NCBI GenBank assembly: GCA_048939995.1
Contig: JBHLOY010000002.1
Coordinates: forward strand, 288,001-352,000
Reading direction: 5' to 3'
Origin: Promethearchaeota archaeon
GTDB lineage: Archaea > Asgardarchaeota > Lokiarchaeia > Sigyniarchaeales > SOKP01
DNA: 64,000 nt
Each line of letters opens with the position of its first letter. The first letter of the stretch is position 1. Shown here piece by piece: positions 48,725-58,981 of this stretch. A model generated the notes under the pieces. That model saw nothing but the letters and a program-made list of their open reading frames with translations, did no database searches and was not told the DNA's origin. The position numbers and the translations under genes are program-made.

Positions 48725-50239
48725 ATGAAGATAAAGAAGATTGCTCCCATTATTATTATTGTTTTAATTGGAATATTAATTATTGCTTTAGTTATCATCT
48801 TTTTACCATTAAACCCGACATCCGCCAGTGGTTCAAGAAAAGCACTCATTCTTAGTAGTGCTAATGATTATTACAGAAAGGATGGGGAACCTGACTTTAA
48901 TAATGGAAAGGACTCAAAATTTGATATTGAAGGGCCAACTACGTGGATACCAGATTTTAATAATGCATCTGGAGGAATTGACACCTCACTTCCTGGTCAT
49001 AATACTCCTGGATTTATATTTTTATATGCATTAACTACTCCTCCCCAACCCAAATATGTTAATACTGAATTTGTATACAATTGGACAAACTATTATAGTT
49101 TACTTAAATTTGCGGCATACAGAATTTCTGCTTGGGTTAACATCACAACTAATATTAATTTTCCACCTGTAACACCTGCAATTATAGCACCTCCTGGATC
49201 TGGGGTGAGAATAGGACTAAGGTGGTTAAATTCTAGCAATGGTATAGTGAGAGAAGATTGGTCAATAGGATTATATGGAGGTTATTGGGGATGGTCATTT
49301 TTGAATGTTACTGGTATTGCCGATAATTCAACTCTAAATGAGATAACTCAACTACATTTAGTTTTAGCCGTTGAAGGTTATATGAATGGTAATGATATGG
49401 TACTTTTTGATGATATTAAGGTAGAATATTGGTTTCCACCCCCAATCCCAAATCCACCCCTAAGCAATATAGACTCAGATGGATTTCCTGCCCAAGCACT
49501 TCAAGTTTATTGGACTTTGAAAAATCATGGATATACAGATGACAATATATATTTAATGTTATATCATACTGGAGATGACATAATCGATATTGATGCATTT
49601 GATGGATTTCCTAACGATTTAAATAGATCAGGAGTTCTTGCTGAAGTAGATGTTGAAAATGATGATGTAAACGCTAGCAGACTTAAACAAGAACTAGATG
49701 GGTCAATTTCTGGTTCTTTTGCTTCTGGTATTCAATCTAATGATCAATTAATAATATACATGGTAGATCATGGTTCAAATAAAATTCTAGGAGATGCTAA
49801 TGCTACCTTTCATTTTGAAGCAGATGATAGCTATATTACTGAGTTGGAATTTTTTAATCTTATTAGACAGATAAATTGTAAAAGAATTTTGATAAATATT
49901 GATATATGTTTCAGTGGAAACTTTTTGAACCAAGACTCAAATATAGGTTTAAGCTGGTACAATATTCCCAATTCTATACTAATAACATCTACAACAGATA
50001 TTCTTTCATGGTACTGGCGAGATAACAATAATCCTGATGGGTTTGCTGGTTCATGGTTTTTTCATCAGTTTTGGGATCATTTAAACCAAAATCAGTCAAT
50101 AGGAAGCGCATTTTACTTTGCAGTAAATTTTACGCCCACAGGATTCTTGAAGAATATCAGTCAAATTCAAACTCCTTTAATTCAAGACAATCTTGGAATT
50201 AAAGATTTGTGGAGTTTTAATAGTAGCACACAATTATAA
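48725..50239 (+). CDS. Membrane-anchored clan CD peptidase (C13 legumain/Gpi8-like) with an inserted beta-sandwich domain
   Basis: N-terminal TM; RKALIL strand; ~190-aa insert ending in FDDIKV; YWTLKNHGYTDDNI; catalytic dyad motifs YMVDHG and IDICFSG. Confidence 0.78.
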   Translation: MKIKKIAPIIIIVLIGILIIALVIIFLPLNPTSASGSRKALILSSANDYYRKDGEPDFNNGKDSKFDIEGPTTWIPDFNNASGGIDTSLPGHNTPGFIFLYALTTPPQPKYVNTEFVYNWTNYYSLLKFAAYRISAWVNITTNINFPPVTPAIIAPPGSGVRIGLRWLNSSNGIVREDWSIGLYGGYWGWSFLNVTGIADNSTLNEITQLHLVLAVEGYMNGNDMVLFDDIKVEYWFPPPIPNPPLSNIDSDGFPAQALQVYWTLKNHGYTDDNIYLMLYHTGDDIIDIDAFDGFPNDLNRSGVLAEVDVENDDVNASRLKQELDGSISGSFASGIQSNDQLIIYMVDHGSNKILGDANATFHFEADDSYITELEFFNLIRQINCKRILINIDICFSGNFLNQDSNIGLSWYNIPNSILITSTTDILSWYWRDNNNPDGFAGSWFFHQFWDHLNQNQSIGSAFYFAVNFTPTGFLKNISQIQTPLIQDNLGIKDLWSFNSSTQL

Positions 50240-50267
50240 CTTTTTAACTTTTTACTTTAATTTCTAT

Positions 50268-50837
50268 TTATTTTTTATATTTCCTTCCGATTTTCCACGC
50301 TTTTCCGACTTCTTGACCTAAACTCCAATAGGCTCTATTTGATGGTGAATAGATTATCAGATTTATTCTTTTAACATCTGGAACTTCATTAGTTAGGCAA
50401 TCTTCACTGATATAAGTGTTAATTATCTGGCCGATGTATAAATCCTTTCTATCTGCAAGTTCTACAATCTTTACTACTTTACAAGCATGATTGACTGGTG
50501 CTTCACTTATTAAAGGGGCTTTTGTTAGATCTCCAAAAAATGTTTCAAAAATATGCGATTTATCAATTTCTACTCCTGATTTCATACCAATGAAGTCTAC
50601 AATTTCCACCATTTCTAATGAGGGAATGTTAACACTAATCTCCATATTATTTAGGATACCTTTTGTTGTATAATGACCTGGCCCACATTCGATTGAAATC
50701 ATGGGAGGGGAAAGATTTACTACGCCGCAGAATGCAATGGTGCAATAATTTGGTTTTTCGTTAACTATTGATCCGGCAATAACTGTGGGCATTGGATATA
50801 ATAAAGTTCGTGGCTTTCGTAGTTTTTTTTTCAACAT
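50268..50837 (-). CDS. Flavin reductase-like (flavoredoxin) protein
   Basis: LYPMPTVIAG, SVNIPS, GMKSG..DK, APLISEAPVNHACKV. Confidence 0.88.
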   Translation of the reverse strand: MLKKKLRKPRTLLYPMPTVIAGSIVNEKPNYCTIAFCGVVNLSPPMISIECGPGHYTTKGILNNMEISVNIPSLEMVEIVDFIGMKSGVEIDKSHIFETFFGDLTKAPLISEAPVNHACKVVKIVELADRKDLYIGQIINTYISEDCLTNEVPDVKRINLIIYSPSNRAYWSLGQEVGKAWKIGRKYKK

Positions 50838-51114
50838 TTTATTAAAACTCCATTTTTAAACAATCTTATTCGTGAAAGTATTTAAATGCATTTATTATTA
50901 ATTACATTACTTATCATAGATGAAGTCCCATCTGTCAAATAAAACTTTAATAAACAGTTATTAAAAATCTTATATGTTTACTATATTTCCATAGTTTTAT
51001 GTAAATAATTAAAATCAGAATTCTGCTTTTTTCTTTATAAAACTTTATGTAAAGCTTTTTATAGCAAATTCTCTCATAATAAAATAATTAATTCGGAAAT
51101 TTGAGAATAAAAAA

Positions 51115-51627
51115 TTGAATTTAGAAAATATAAAGAATTATATCTGGTTGTTAAATATCATAGCAGCAACGCTAGGATTGATTTTAACATTCATACCTAT
51201 TGTTCACCATTCTGAACTTGGCTTAAGTAGTGATTATTTTCTTGTGGGATTTAAGATGGATCATTATCCCATTGGCGATCAACCTACCTATTATGAATCT
51301 AGCACTCTAATTTATAGAGTTGGCATGACCACATTAATAATTATTGTTATTGGAAGCATTTTATTGATAATGAGCTCATTACCCTTATTAAAAGAAAAGT
51401 TAAATGCATGGCCAAAAGCATGGATTTTCTCGATTTTCTGGTTATTTTGCGGTCTATTAATGATTTCAGGGATAATATATTATTATTTAGGAATGAACTC
51501 TGTGGATTCATCATTTTGGAATTATTGGTCACTTTCCGGAGGAATAGTAGTATTAATTGGTGGGGCTATAGCTATTTCTTCTGCTATTTTTAGGGAAATT
51601 GCTCCTAAATTAATCAAAAATCGATGA
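51115..51627 (+). CDS. Hypothetical 4-TM membrane protein
   Basis: Four hydrophobic segments with a larger first extracellular loop. Confidence 0.7.
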   Translation: MNLENIKNYIWLLNIIAATLGLILTFIPIVHHSELGLSSDYFLVGFKMDHYPIGDQPTYYESSTLIYRVGMTTLIIIVIGSILLIMSSLPLLKEKLNAWPKAWIFSIFWLFCGLLMISGIIYYYLGMNSVDSSFWNYWSLSGGIVVLIGGAIAISSAIFREIAPKLIKNR

Positions 51628-51678
51628 TGTTTAAGAAATACTCTGATAATTCCTAGCGAGAAACAATATGAAAAAATA

Positions 51679-52509
51679 TTAAAAATATTTCTCTAGAAAA
51701 TCAATTGTAGCCTTCACTTCTTTTTTTGTGCATAAAGTACCATGGCCGGGTATATAGATGTCTAAATCCTTCTCATAGTATGTATTCATTATTTCTCTAA
51801 AATTTTGAGGATCTAAAGCCCAAGGTGTACCATTGATACCTTTAGCCCATTCTGGATCCAGAGTGGCAAAAAGTAGATCACCCATAAAACTAATTTTCTC
51901 ATTTGGAAAATAAGCAATTATATCTTCACTTGAATGGGCATTTCCTACATTAATAATTTCAACTGATCTATTAGTTCCATAAATTGTCATTCTATCATGT
52001 AGAATAAGATCTGGTGGTCTTAATTTGAAGTTAGGATCTTGAACTTCTTTATATGTTATTAGATCATTTTGTAATTCAACAATTTTGTTTGGATCTTTTT
52101 CTTTTTGTAATAGTTCCTCCGTATTATTATACTGTGTAGGAGCATTATTCCGTAGATTATCAATTTGTTCCATTAATTCTTTCTGAAATCTATTTAAGGT
52201 CCCTTTACTACTTAATATAGGCATTGAGTTAGGAAATAATCTATTTCCAAATACATGATCCATGTGAGCATGACTATTTATTAATAAAAAGGGATCTTTA
52301 CCTGTAATCGACGTGGCAGCAGCTATCATATCTTTAGTGGAAAATGGATCCATCATTGTATCAAAAACTATAGTAATATTCCCTAAATCAAAAAACCCCG
52401 CATTAGAGCTAGGACCAAGTTTTTGATTCCAAATTGATGCATAAATACCTTCCGATAGTTTATATATTTCTAAATAGATTGAGTCAAAAGGAATTCTCTC
52501 AACATTCAT
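51679..52509 (-). CDS. Metallo-beta-lactamase fold hydrolase
   Basis: NSHAHMDHVFGN, AHSSED, MGDL, IPGHG. Confidence 0.92.
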   Translation of the reverse strand: MNVERIPFDSIYLEIYKLSEGIYASIWNQKLGPSSNAGFFDLGNITIVFDTMMDPFSTKDMIAAATSITGKDPFLLINSHAHMDHVFGNRLFPNSMPILSSKGTLNRFQKELMEQIDNLRNNAPTQYNNTEELLQKEKDPNKIVELQNDLITYKEVQDPNFKLRPPDLILHDRMTIYGTNRSVEIINVGNAHSSEDIIAYFPNEKISFMGDLLFATLDPEWAKGINGTPWALDPQNFREIMNTYYEKDLDIYIPGHGTLCTKKEVKATIDFLEKYF

Positions 52510-52603
52510 GATAAAAACTTAGACTTTTTCATCTACTAAGTAAAAGTAAACTATTATAGATTTACTTCAGAAGTTCAATTGAAGTATGAGAAATTCTAAA
52601 TTC

Positions 52604-53548
52604 TCATTTATGGATATTTCCAGAACCTCGCTGAAAATTAATTAACTCTTGTGTGGACTTTCTAAAACTCAATTCGATACACATAGTTCTTTTATTCATC
52701 ATCGTTTCTAAAAAGAAAAATTTGATTGAAAAAATATCTTGATTTCTGATAAATATTGGAAATAATGTCCATTTAGCATAATAATAATCTTTCTTACAGA
52801 GTTCTATTCCCTTTTTAAAAAGAAGCAATTCCTCAGAACCTAAAATTGTATTAAAATTTTTAATTTCTATTGTGTTCGAAAAATGAGATCTCTTTTCTAA
52901 AGCTAATGAGATTTCATTATCTATAATATTATGATCATAAATAGTATAATAAAAGGGTAAAATTCCGGGAAGATATTTCTGATTATTTTTAAGTTTTGAT
53001 GAAAACCAACTTTTCGATATAATGCGATAAAAGTAATATATTATAAAAAAGTACGTATAAGAATTAATCAGTAAACTAAAAAGGAATAAACTAGCAGAGC
53101 TATAAAATAGTATTCCTAATAGGATAAGGAAGATTACAGAATTCACCATTGTGAAAAAACTTCCGGCCTTTTCAACATAAAAACAATATTCTCTCTTAGA
53201 AAGTGGATATAAGTAGGGAATTTTGGTAGTAGTTAGAAGATCCATGGAGATATGTAGACTATAAAAGACCATGCCTATAATCCAAGCTATAAAAAAAGCT
53301 TGTCGTGTTAATAATGAATAAAAAATCCCTCCAATACTGGAAACTATTATTCCTATAATATAGGAGTGAGACCCTCCGCGATGTTCCAGATAATTTGATT
53401 TAATTATTTTTTTCAAAGGTATGATAAATATATCTAAATCGGGTAGGATTGAAAATATTATCGCTAGTAATAAGTAGTTGAACGTAACTTCCTTTAGAAA
53501 AAGGATATACATTAAGGCTCCAAAAACTAAATGAGTAATTAAGTCCAT
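52604..53548 (-). CDS. Membrane-bound metal-dependent hydrolase (YdjM family)
   Basis: MDLITH, LPDLD, HRGGSHS, HISMDLLT, LYPLS. Confidence 0.88.
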   Translation of the reverse strand: MDLITHLVFGALMYILFLKEVTFNYLLLAIIFSILPDLDIFIIPLKKIIKSNYLEHRGGSHSYIIGIIVSSIGGIFYSLLTRQAFFIAWIIGMVFYSLHISMDLLTTTKIPYLYPLSKREYCFYVEKAGSFFTMVNSVIFLILLGILFYSSASLFLFSLLINSYTYFFIIYYFYRIISKSWFSSKLKNNQKYLPGILPFYYTIYDHNIIDNEISLALEKRSHFSNTIEIKNFNTILGSEELLLFKKGIELCKKDYYYAKWTLFPIFIRNQDIFSIKFFFLETMMNKRTMCIELSFRKSTQELINFQRGSGNIHK

Positions 53549-53696
53549 TTTTAGGCTTTATTTTAATTTTCAATCTAATAACAAGGAATAAAACGGAGGT
53601 TAAAACTCAAAAATTAAGAAGGAAATTTTAATATTTTTATTTAAAAAAATTAAATATTGATAGGTTTTATTTATAATAAATTAAATGAATTAAGTA

Positions 53697-54146
53697 ATGG
53701 CTAACAAACAAAAAGTCCTCGAAAATTATGTAGAACCAGATATCACTGTAGAATATATCTTTATCGAAAAAGCAGAAGAACAAATTAAACCGATTAATGA
53801 TGATCAAGGATATCTAATGGGATTTATCAATTTATTCATTTCTGGTACTTTTAAAAATGATAATCTCCTTGCTTTTAAGACTCAAATATTGAATGAACTA
53901 AATTACAGTGTGAAAACCTATGAACATTTTAAATCAGAAGCAATAAATCTGAATGAATATAAGTTTGGGTTGATTGACAATGATAAAGAAGTTACAGAAT
54001 TTAGAGTAATGGATGATGCATTTTTTAAGGCACTAATGGAATCATTAAGAAATTTAATTATAGTTGGCACAAATTTTAATATTGAAAATTTTAAATCCCA
54101 TGACATTTTTAACACCTGGTTTGATAAATATACTAACAGAATCTAA
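53697..54146 (+). CDS. Hypothetical protein
   Basis: 149-aa ORF with normal composition; no motif recognised. Confidence 0.65.
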   Translation: MANKQKVLENYVEPDITVEYIFIEKAEEQIKPINDDQGYLMGFINLFISGTFKNDNLLAFKTQILNELNYSVKTYEHFKSEAINLNEYKFGLIDNDKEVTEFRVMDDAFFKALMESLRNLIIVGTNFNIENFKSHDIFNTWFDKYTNRI

Positions 54147-54215
54147 GTATGAAATAGAAAAACTAAAATCTTTATAAATAATTATACTATAGTCTTAACT
54201 AAAAAGAAATAATAT

Positions 54216-54884
54216 TTGAGAATGAAGGATATAGTAAAAAAACTGCTACTTTTCATATTTGTATATATTATTTATCAGAACATATTCTATCTAATTTTTG
54301 TACCAGAGATGTACTCAATTCCAATTTATGTTATATATTTACTAACAGCATATATGTTTACTCTTGCTGACACGTTAATACGTTCCATTCCAGAAGAACG
54401 AAGTTCTAAAATTTATGATATTTTAATTTTGTCTATGCTCTTATTATCTCCTTTCTTCCTGATTGGTGGGTATTTTGAGAATAGTTTGCTTATTTCCCAG
54501 TTATTCCCTTTCTGGGATAACATTATTATCAGTTATATAGGATTCACTCTTTATCTTGCTGGTTGTTTACTAATACTTGTTGCTCGAACTCAACTTGGAC
54601 GATTCGGGACTGCTGAATTAATTACTGACGAGGACCATCAGCTTTTTACTTGGGGGGTATATAAATATATTAGAAATCCTATGTATTCTGGTGCATTGAT
54701 TGCAACTGTTGGTTTCTGCCTTGTTTTCAGATGTTTAATTACCCTTATCGTTATGTTTATATATAGTTTCTTAATATATAGAATGCGAATTATTGAAGAA
54801 GAAAGAGTTTTATTAGAGAAATTTGGTAAAGAGTATGAAGATTATAAAAATAAGACAAAAAGATTAATTCCAATTCTTTATTGA
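54216..54884 (+). CDS. Isoprenylcysteine carboxyl methyltransferase (ICMT/Ste14)-family membrane protein
   Basis: LG...HQLFTWGVYKYIRNPMY and EEERVLLEKFGKEYEDYK..TKRLIP. Confidence 0.88.
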   Translation: MRMKDIVKKLLLFIFVYIIYQNIFYLIFVPEMYSIPIYVIYLLTAYMFTLADTLIRSIPEERSSKIYDILILSMLLLSPFFLIGGYFENSLLISQLFPFWDNIIISYIGFTLYLAGCLLILVARTQLGRFGTAELITDEDHQLFTWGVYKYIRNPMYSGALIATVGFCLVFRCLITLIVMFIYSFLIYRMRIIEEERVLLEKFGKEYEDYKNKTKRLIPILY

Positions 54885-54907
54885 AGGTGTCTCATATCAT
54901 TTTTATT

Positions 54908-55369
54908 TTATTTTTGAAGATTTAAGGCTATTTCTTTCCCAAAAGTTTTACATTTAGGAAGTTCACCCTCAGCTATTGGACCTTTTAGCCCAATTACCTT
55001 CACAGGAAGTCCCGGAAGTACTCTTTTAAAACTAGGTATCTTTTTGCTGATTTTTTTTTCCAATTTCTTAGAAGCTTTATTCAGAATGGGAAGATCATTG
55101 TTAGTATCAAATACAGCATAATATTTTTCACTTAATGAAAACTCTGCAAGTCCGTTTATAAATTTTTTGATGCTACCAGCATAAGTACCTCCCCAATTAG
55201 GAGAACCTATAATTATTGCATCAAAATCTTCAACCTTACTATAATCAGTATCACTTACATGCATTACTTCAGTTTTGATTTGTTCAGTTTCTCTTATGCC
55301 CTCAGCAATGACTTCTGCCACTTTCTTAGTATTACCAAAATTTGTTTCATAAACAACTAATACATTCAA
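54908..55369 (-). CDS. Flavodoxin
   Basis: VYETNFGNTKKVAEVI, IIGSPNWGG, AVFDT. Confidence 0.9.
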   Translation of the reverse strand: MNVLVVYETNFGNTKKVAEVIAEGIRETEQIKTEVMHVSDTDYSKVEDFDAIIIGSPNWGGTYAGSIKKFINGLAEFSLSEKYYAVFDTNNDLPILNKASKKLEKKISKKIPSFKRVLPGLPVKVIGLKGPIAEGELPKCKTFGKEIALNLQK

Positions 55370-55578
55370 TTAACTTCAATTCACTTCATTTTAATTTATT
55401 AGTAAGTATGATAAGCCTAAAGTATTTCAATATTTTTATTTAGAAACATTAAAAATTTACTATATTTGTTTATCAAAATTAGTTAATGATTTTTGGTGCA
55501 AATTTTAGTATTGAAAATTTTAAGTTAAATGATATTTTAAATAAAAAACAGATACTAACAGATTCTAAAAAATTCGCA

Positions 55579-56022
55579 TCAAGTTCTTAATTTTTCAATA
55601 ATTTTAGCCTTGTCTTCAAATTTAATTTCAAGAATAATTCTGCCCCATCCTCCACATTTTAATCCTATATCGAAACAACCAACTCTTTTAATTCTCATCT
55701 CATTAGGATCGATTCCCGCATAAAATAGTTCTTGAGCCGCAAAGATTAACCTTTCCATCTCACTTAAGGCATAAATACATATTCGTTTAGGATTTAATTT
55801 AGTAAGAAGATTTCCTGGGCCATCAAAATAAAATTTATCACCAACCTTATGTAGGCTACTGCATCCATGAGATTCTACAACCTCAATTATGATAGTTTTT
55901 TGCAATAATCCCGGTACTTTCAGAAGGGCTTCCTGATTTCTAGGGTTTTCTAACCAGAGCGCCATCTCCTCATCTGTATACCCTAAATGCTTTTTAATAA
56001 AATTTTGAGTCTCCTTAGACAT
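55579..56022 (-). CDS. Conserved Cys-containing hypothetical protein (TIGR04076-like)
   Basis: IEVVESHGC..HKVGDKF...C..AL...GCFD...CGGWG. Confidence 0.6.
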   Translation of the reverse strand: MSKETQNFIKKHLGYTDEEMALWLENPRNQEALLKVPGLLQKTIIIEVVESHGCSSLHKVGDKFYFDGPGNLLTKLNPKRICIYALSEMERLIFAAQELFYAGIDPNEMRIKRVGCFDIGLKCGGWGRIILEIKFEDKAKIIEKLRT

Positions 56023-56098
56023 GTCTCTAAACTAAGATTATTCTTTAATTTTTATTAATTTTAATACTTTAATAATATTTTAATTTGAATATTTCCAA

Positions 56099-56893
56099 CT
56101 AAAGTTCTTCTAAATTATAATCCTTTAATCCTACTCCATAATCCAAAGCATATTTAATATATTTTATTTGTAATGGATTTTCTATATCTTTCAATTTTGT
56201 TGAAATGGGCCGTAGCAACTCATAACCATAATAATCTAAAGCAATAGGATCAATTCCGGCAAAAAGGTACCCTAATTCTTTTTCTTCTCCGCCATGCCTG
56301 AATTCCTGGGCCTTAACCATAACTTTTAAGGCATCACAAATGATCAAATTAGATTTGAATATAGTGTTTAATTCAGCAATTCCTTTGTGAATATCTTTGA
56401 ATTTGGTGTGAATTTTTAATCGTTCAGCTTTAGATAGATATCCAAATTTATCTTTCAGAGCATTAGTAAGTTTTACAATAAAGTGATCTTTTAAAATTGG
56501 AAGAGAGATGATATAATCTTGCTGAAATGGAATTTCTGATACTTTTAAGCTAAACCCTCTCGAAGTTTTTAATTTTTTGAAAGGATGGTCATAAAAGTTT
56601 ACAAAACGTATCCCTAATTCTTGGCATTTTTCGATAATCGGATGATCTTCTATTTTTCTAGCTGATAAATCAATGCTCTGGCCATCTCCACAGATAATCT
56701 CTGATGCGCTAGTCTTAATTTGCTCATACACGGCTTCAATCATTTCAGGATGAGTAGTTGTAGGATAAGGGTTATATGAGACCAGATTTACTTTTATAAG
56801 AACATTCCCTTCAATTTGATTCCTAATTCTTGACATTAATGATGCTACAAATCTTTTTCTATCTTGATTTTTAGTAAAATAAATTGTTGACAT
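56099..56893 (-). CDS. DUF362 family protein
   Basis: VLIKVNLV, TTHPE, IISLPILKDH, TNALKD, DPIALD. Confidence 0.85.
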   Translation of the reverse strand: MSTIYFTKNQDRKRFVASLMSRIRNQIEGNVLIKVNLVSYNPYPTTTHPEMIEAVYEQIKTSASEIICGDGQSIDLSARKIEDHPIIEKCQELGIRFVNFYDHPFKKLKTSRGFSLKVSEIPFQQDYIISLPILKDHFIVKLTNALKDKFGYLSKAERLKIHTKFKDIHKGIAELNTIFKSNLIICDALKVMVKAQEFRHGGEEKELGYLFAGIDPIALDYYGYELLRPISTKLKDIENPLQIKYIKYALDYGVGLKDYNLEEL

Positions 56894-57203
56894 AGTTTCT
56901 TAAGTTTCAGTTAGCTTTAATTCAGAAAAGAAAAATTACAATTTAAAGTCTTAGTCTGGAGATTTAAACAATATATCTTTTCTTTAGAGTTTATAGCCAT
57001 TGACTAAGTAATTTTTATATTAATCACAATATTCCTATTTCTTGTCTTTGACATGAGTCTTCACATATCTTTTCATTTTAATACCAAAAAGCAAATTCTG
57101 AATTTAAAGTAGTTGTTTAGAGATTTGAATAGAAGAAATATAATAATGCTTTATATTTTTAAAAGATAATACAAGAAAAAAAAGTAAAAAATTAAATAAT
57201 TTT

Positions 57204-57947
57204 TCAGCTAATTTTTGAACCGCATTGAGCGCAAAATTGTCCTAAATCAGATAATTTTGCCCCACAATTTGAGCAGAAATTTATTTTATGCTCATAGCTG
57301 ATTACTGGTTGTGATTTGGGTACAGTAGTTTGCAATTCTACAGATTTTGGAGCATCATAAGTTGATAATTTTTTTAACGTTGCAAGCATAAAGTATCCTT
57401 TCACATGATAGATAAAACCGATGATTGCCGGAACAATTAAAAATCCTAATGAGCTTAATAGTGTACCTGTTTTTAGTTTATCGCACCCCTTAATTGCCTC
57501 TTCAGACATATATGCTGGAAACATCTTAAAATTATTCTCAAAAAATAATTTTAAATTTTTCCAGGCCTTCATTTCAGCTGCCACACCTACATATATAAGT
57601 ACTATACCAGATATCATAAGAATTATAGGTATAGAAAGTGAGACGTAGATTGGGATTGAGGTTGTGCTAAAGAAAAATAGAGCAAGGTTAACTCCTCCGA
57701 TAATCAAGATAACCATACCGCATATTCGTGATATAAAACCCTTGATGTATTGTGAACGAAATTCATGTAACGACAAGTTATTTAAGGTTAAATTTACTAT
57801 TTTAAGACTTCTCATCGCAATAAAGACAAAAATCATTGCTATGAAACCAGCTATTCCTGTGCTAATGCTTACAATCGTTAAAATTGCAGCAACTTGAATA
57901 TATTTCCCAAAATCATGGAAATTTTTTCTAACTTCTATATTTGTCAT
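57204..57947 (-). CDS. Membrane protein with C-terminal double zinc ribbon
   Basis: Several TM segments followed by FCSNCGAKLSDLGQFCAQCG. Confidence 0.82.
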   Translation of the reverse strand: MTNIEVRKNFHDFGKYIQVAAILTIVSISTGIAGFIAMIFVFIAMRSLKIVNLTLNNLSLHEFRSQYIKGFISRICGMVILIIGGVNLALFFFSTTSIPIYVSLSIPIILMISGIVLIYVGVAAEMKAWKNLKLFFENNFKMFPAYMSEEAIKGCDKLKTGTLLSSLGFLIVPAIIGFIYHVKGYFMLATLKKLSTYDAPKSVELQTTVPKSQPVISYEHKINFCSNCGAKLSDLGQFCAQCGSKIS

Positions 57948-58216
57948 TTTTATTTTTGATTTTTAATTTTTAGAAATTTAATATATTTAATTCAAAGATG
58001 ATTGATTAAAGAGTGGGAGTCCATTAATTGTGATTATGAGAATTTTTACTAATATGTAGAAAATGTTATATATCCATTTTTCTTATTATTTCAATCGAAT
58101 TCCAAAAGAACGCGAAACAATGTTAAATACTTTTATATGAAAATTAACGTCTTGTTTAAAGGAGCAATCCTTTCAAGGCGAAATAAAATTAAGATTAAAC
58201 AAAAAGAATATTTGAG

Positions 58217-58897
58217 GTGAAAATAGTAGTGAAAAGGAAATCAAAAATGACTAAAACGCTGATTGTAGCAACATTTCTACTAATCATCGTCGCATTTATT
58301 ACAACAGTGAACGCTTGTCCCCCTAATCGCATCTTAGTCATAGCAAAAGGGGATGACTTAGACCCAGGGTTTATTGGGGCAACGAATTTTATCATAGCAA
58401 AGGTTAAAGATGGTAAAGCACATGTAGAATTCAATCAAAGAATCTATGAATCTGGAGAAAAAGTTTATGACATGAAAGGGAAACTCAAAGATGGATTACT
58501 TCTAACTACTCATCATTATTTTTATTGCCCAATCTTTAATTGCTGGTGGATTAACATTTCGTTTATCATGGGTGAGGGAGTGGTTAAAACTACTGATACC
58601 GATTTTCCTGTATTTTTTCGAAACTCGTTTCCAATAATCATGCCTAATACTGAAGGTAAATATGTATCAGTACAGATTTTAATTTTCCTTAGCCTTACAG
58701 CTGAATATTATGAAGTTGATCCTAATGATCCCTTCAATCCTGCGACAATTCCCTGGGACGAAGAACCTTTAGTTTGGGAGGAAGGAGTATGGATTCTTGC
58801 TGCGGTTTTATGGGATGTTGGCATCCCAATGGATGTGGGGTTTGGATATGGAATAGTACCGGTCGGTCCGGCATCCTATTTAACAATGGTTACATAA
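58217..58897 (+). CDS. Secreted hypothetical protein
   Basis: Basic N-terminus plus hydrophobic signal (TLIVATFLLIIVAFITTVNA); beta-rich body. Confidence 0.65.
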   Translation: MKIVVKRKSKMTKTLIVATFLLIIVAFITTVNACPPNRILVIAKGDDLDPGFIGATNFIIAKVKDGKAHVEFNQRIYESGEKVYDMKGKLKDGLLLTTHHYFYCPIFNCWWINISFIMGEGVVKTTDTDFPVFFRNSFPIIMPNTEGKYVSVQILIFLSLTAEYYEVDPNDPFNPATIPWDEEPLVWEEGVWILAAVLWDVGIPMDVGFGYGIVPVGPASYLTMVT

Positions 58898-58932
58898 CTC
58901 AATCGTAAAGATAACAAATATATTCTAAAATC

Positions 58933-58979
58933 TTTTTTTTTTACAGTCCGTTAGTATCGTACTCGAAACGAGTCGTATT
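58933..58979. terminator. T-run plus GC-rich hairpin between convergent genes
   Basis: T10 at 58933-58942 followed by ACTCG-AAA-CGAGT (58961-58973) with extendable stem. Confidence 0.4.
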
Positions 58980-58981
58980 CT

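Noticed and set aside
58944-58980. Hammerhead-like CGAAAC...GTC
   Set aside because: The CUGANGA core is absent and stem III is too short; treated as a simple hairpin.
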